Shown: piece by piece, positions 61,635-64,000 of the stretch | Layout: each line of letters starts with the position of its first letter | How positions within the stretch are numbered: position 1 is the first letter of the stretch | From: an uncultured Chloroflexia bacterium | GTDB taxonomy: Bacteria > Chloroflexota > Anaerolineae > Anaerolineales > UBA4823 | DNA: 64,000 bases | Direction of reading: 5' to 3' | Assembly (NCBI GenBank): GCA_963792075.1 | Contig: CAWBUW010000012.1 | Coordinates: 397,854 to 461,853 of the forward strand | Position numbers and translations under genes: made by a program | Notes under the pieces: model-generated | What the model was told of the DNA's origin: nothing | Database searches by the model: none | What the model saw: only the letters and a program-made list of their open reading frames with translations

Positions 61635-62570
61635 ATGCAGCCGGAAGTATTCCCGATGCACCAGGTGCTGGTGCTCTCCCAAAAAGCAGATGAATACCGC
61701 AAGCTGGTCGGGGCTGTGGCTTTGCCCGGCTTATCCATCGTCGATCAGCCTGCTCCCGAATGTGATATCGTCCTTGGCGATCCCACCCGGGTGCGCGACT
61801 TGCTGCCAGAGCTGCCCGCCCTGCAATGGGTCCAATCCACCTGGGCCGGGGTGGAGCCGCTGCTCGACCCCTCGCTGCGCCGAGATTACGTGCTCACCAA
61901 TGCGCGCGGCGTGTTCGGCCCGCTGATGTCCGAATACGTGTTTGGCTACATGCTGCTGCACGAGCGCAAGGTCCTGCAGCGATACCGCGCCCAACAGGCC
62001 GGCCAGTGGGATGCCACACTGACAGGTACTCTGCGAAGAAAAACCCTCGGCCTGCTGGGTGTAGGCTCAATCGGCGCGCACCTGGCTGGCACAGCCAAAC
62101 ACTTCGGCATGTGCGTGCGGGGATACACCCGCCAGAGCGAAACTTGCCCGGCGGTGGATGCATGGTTCCATGGCGCAGATCTGCTCCGCTTTGCCGCCGG
62201 GTTAGATTACCTGGCCTGCGTGCTGCCCAACACCCCGGCTACACATCAAATCGTAGATGCTGCTCTGCTGCAGACGCTGCCCGCGCACGCGGTATTAATC
62301 AACGTGGGACGTGGCAGCACGGTGGACGAATCCGCCCTGGCTGAGGCGCTGCAAGCCGGCAAGCTGGCCGGAGCCGTGTTAGATGTTTTCCAGCAGGAAC
62401 CGCTCCAAGCAGAGCATATTTTCTGGCGCACGCCGAACCTGCTCATCACCAGCCACACCGCCGCGCCTAGCTTCCCGGAAGATATCAGTGCCCTGTTCAT
62501 CGAAAACTACCGGCGTCTGCTGCGCGGCGAACCGCTGCGCTACCGGGTGGACTTCACTTTAGGTTATTAG
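61635..62570 (+). CDS. D-isomer-specific 2-hydroxyacid dehydrogenase family protein
   Basis: 311 aa from the ATG at 61635 (AGGAGG RBS). NAD motif GLLGVGSIGAHLA. NVGRGSTVDE and SHTAAPS catalytic regions. Confidence 0.8.
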   Translation: MQPEVFPMHQVLVLSQKADEYRKLVGAVALPGLSIVDQPAPECDIVLGDPTRVRDLLPELPALQWVQSTWAGVEPLLDPSLRRDYVLTNARGVFGPLMSEYVFGYMLLHERKVLQRYRAQQAGQWDATLTGTLRRKTLGLLGVGSIGAHLAGTAKHFGMCVRGYTRQSETCPAVDAWFHGADLLRFAAGLDYLACVLPNTPATHQIVDAALLQTLPAHAVLINVGRGSTVDESALAEALQAGKLAGAVLDVFQQEPLQAEHIFWRTPNLLITSHTAAPSFPEDISALFIENYRRLLRGEPLRYRVDFTLGY

Positions 62571-62610
62571 GTGAATGTTGGGTGATGCAAGGCATTGCCC
62601 AACATTCACC
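62570..62610 (+). terminator. 19-bp hairpin between convergent genes, better paired in plus-sense RNA
   Basis: GGTGAATGTTGGGTGATGC-AAG-GCATTGCCCAACATTCACC. Its two G-U pairs in plus sense become A-C mismatches in minus sense. Confidence 0.55.
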
Positions 62611-62616
62611 TGATTC

Positions 62617-63474
62617 TCAAGAAAAGAGGGGCTGCATCTCCTGCCGTCGCAGCAGATCCTGCATCGCTTCTTCATCTGGCCGGCCGGTGAAGCGGCCTCC
62701 TGCCTCCAGGATCTTCGGCAGCACGTGGATATCCCCCGCGGTGTTGAGGAATACGCCCGGCTGGCCCAGAATCCAATGCACTGCCAGGTCGATATCCGCC
62801 TGCACTTCTAAGGGTTCATACCAGGTAGAGCGTTGGTGCGGCCGCTCACCCCAGGGCGCGCGCACGATCCCCTTGATCGTCTGCACGGCCACATTGCGCT
62901 CAGCGCACAGATGGAAAAGCTTTTCAACATTCCCGTGGTAGGTTTGATTTTGCATCAGAATGTGACTGTACGGCAGCAGCACCGAATCAAAGTCAAACTT
63001 TTCCAGGCTGGCCAGGTGGCGCTCAGCGATGGCGATCTCATGCCCGGTGACGCCGATAAAGCGCACCAGGCCCTGTCGGCGAGCCTCCAGCGCTGCTTCC
63101 AGCACGCCGCCCGGTCCCAGGGCTACTTGCCATTCCGCCGGATCCAATAGAAAATGCAACTGCCACAAATCCACATGATCTACGTGCAGCAGTTCCAAAG
63201 AACGATGAAGCTCCTGCCGCGCCTTGGCGGCTGTTCGCTCACCGGACTTGGTTGACAGGAAAGACGGGCGGCCATGGCGGGCGATCCAGGAGCCCAGCCG
63301 TTTCTCCGATTCGCCATAGCTGGCAGCCGTATCTACATGATTGACGCCAGACTGCTCCAGCAGATCCATCGTGGCATCCGCTTCTTTCTGAGTGACACTC
63401 CAAAACGCTGCTGCGCCGAAGATGGTCCGGCTGCTAAGGTGGCCTGTACGGCCAAAGATCGCACGTGGGATCAT
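62617..63474 (-). CDS. Aldo/keto reductase
   Basis: 285 aa from the ATG at 63474 (GGAGGT RBS). AKR motifs [12 protein letters not shown] and [12 protein letters not shown]. Confidence 0.85.
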   Translation of the reverse strand: MIPRAIFGRTGHLSSRTIFGAAAFWSVTQKEADATMDLLEQSGVNHVDTAASYGESEKRLGSWIARHGRPSFLSTKSGERTAAKARQELHRSLELLHVDHVDLWQLHFLLDPAEWQVALGPGGVLEAALEARRQGLVRFIGVTGHEIAIAERHLASLEKFDFDSVLLPYSHILMQNQTYHGNVEKLFHLCAERNVAVQTIKGIVRAPWGERPHQRSTWYEPLEVQADIDLAVHWILGQPGVFLNTAGDIHVLPKILEAGGRFTGRPDEEAMQDLLRRQEMQPLFS

Positions 63475-63535
63475 AGTTACCTCCACAGAATAGGTGGTCA
63501 GGATTGCAAAATTTACTTTTCAGACAGATACTTAT

Positions 63536-63541
63536 TATAAT
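63536..63541 (+). promoter_or_regulatory. Candidate -10 box TATAAT, 7 nt upstream of the glycerate-kinase ATG (leaderless configuration)
   Basis: An exact TATAAT at 63536-63541 with the ATG at 63549 and no SD. Confidence 0.35.
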
Positions 63542-63548
63542 ATCTCCT

Positions 63549-64000
63549 ATGCAATCTGAACGTTTTTCTACAGCCACACTGCGCAGCCTGCCCATTGGCG
63601 CCGCCATCCAAAATATTCTGGCAGCCGCTATCCAGGCGGTTGAGCCTGGCGCAGCCCTGCGCCAGGCGGTGCAGCGGCAGGGGGATTCTCTGTACGTCAC
63701 CGGGCAGATGTACTCGCTGAAGCAGGTCGATCACGTCTACCTGGCTGCGTTGGGAAAAGCGGCGCTGCCTATGGCTGAGGCGCTGGCCGAAGTGCTCGGG
63801 GATCGCCTGACCGCCGGCCTGGTAATCCCCAAACATGCCGCCTCCCTGGCGGATGCGCGCCTGGAAATTGTGGCCGGCAGCCACCCGGTGCCGGATGCAC
63901 GCAGCGTGAATGCGGGAGAGCGCTTGCTCGATTTTCTCGGCCAGGCCCGTCCTGCCGACCTGGTTTTCTGCCTCATCTCGGGCGGCGGGTCGGCGCTGGT
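63549..64000 (+). CDS. Glycerate 2-kinase / hydroxypyruvate-reductase-like (DUF4147-MOFRL family), 5' part only; continues beyond the window
   Basis: Not in the ORF track because it is truncated. My translation from the ATG at 63549 reads MQSERFSTATLRSLPIGAAIQNIL...LGKAALPMAEAL...GSHPVPD...LISGGGSAL. Confidence 0.75.
   Translation, partial: MQSERFSTATLRSLPIGAAIQNILAAAIQAVEPGAALRQAVQRQGDSLYVTGQMYSLKQVDHVYLAALGKAALPMAEALAEVLGDRLTAGLVIPKHAASLADARLEIVAGSHPVPDARSVNAGERLLDFLGQARPADLVFCLISGGGSAL

Noticed and set aside
63490-63535. Third, partial copy of the structured intergenic element (AAAATTTACTTTTCAGACAGATAC resembles AAAAAAGTTTTCAGGGACAGACAC).
   Set aside because: Similarity is limited to about 20 nt of A/T-rich sequence. 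Neither hairpin nor the ACAAAA.CC linker is present, so it could be chance or promoter-related.

Overview
The window is a 64-kb, gene-dense bacterial chromosomal segment with about 54 protein genes. I saw no rRNA, tRNA, CRISPR array, transposase or integrase. Lipoprotein solute-binding proteins with Ala/Pro/Thr/Glu linkers, MalT-like/BTAD regulators and strong GGAGG ribosome-binding sites are reminiscent of Chloroflexota (Anaerolineae-like). That taxonomic call is a guess and cannot be verified here.

Gene layout:
- 1-16.8 kb, all minus strand and AT-richer: a mixed catabolic operon (Zn-ADH, FAH hydrolase, crotonase, CoA-transferase, OYE flavoprotein, KDPG aldolase, KDG kinase, SDR), a Liv-type ABC transporter whose livH-like gene is frameshifted, an IclR regulator and a large FAD protein.
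- 16.9-20.2 kb: a glycyl-radical enzyme (GRE) and its activase, substrate unknown.
- 20.2-21.7 kb: an alpha/beta-hydrolase fused to a cNMP-binding domain.
- 21.9-27.6 kb: an Fe3+/polyamine-type ABC transporter co-operonic with an S58 (DmpA) aminopeptidase.
- 27.6-30.5 kb: CarD, an RRM RNA-binding protein and DUF885.
- 30.6-35.7 kb: GntR, a corrinoid protein, two divergent non-pyrrolysine MttB-family methyltransferases and DUF1638.
- 35.9-61.4 kb: a 25-kb minus-strand run. It holds a 2-hydroxyacid dehydrogenase, a BadF-type kinase, two GH4 and one GH1 glycosidase, and LacI with a cre-like operator. It continues with a second Liv-type ABC transporter (its SBP gene is frameshifted) and an acyl-CoA cluster (two AMP-ligases, two alpha/beta-hydrolases, SDR, thiolase+DUF35, and a KAS III-like protein lacking the His and Asn of the catalytic triad). 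It ends with a small unknown ORF and a 1101-aa STAND-ATPase/TPR regulator with a C-terminal SARP (wHTH+BTAD) module.
- 61.6-64 kb: a 2-hydroxyacid dehydrogenase, an aldo/keto reductase and a partial glycerate kinase.

Most interesting candidates:
- the orphan GRE pair;
- the corrinoid/MttBx2/DUF1638 cluster, which lacks a recognisable MT2 or RamA gene;
- the regulator-linked acyl-CoA/KAS III-like cluster, with 11-bp-phased direct repeats in a nearby promoter;
- a ~90-nt structured intergenic element present twice with compensatory stem changes;
- very long perfect U-tract-less hairpins in many intergenic gaps;
- four operon-leading genes with an exact TATAAT 6-7 nt upstream of the ATG and no Shine-Dalgarno, suggesting leaderless mRNAs.

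All functional calls come from motif recognition by eye. No database search was possible.
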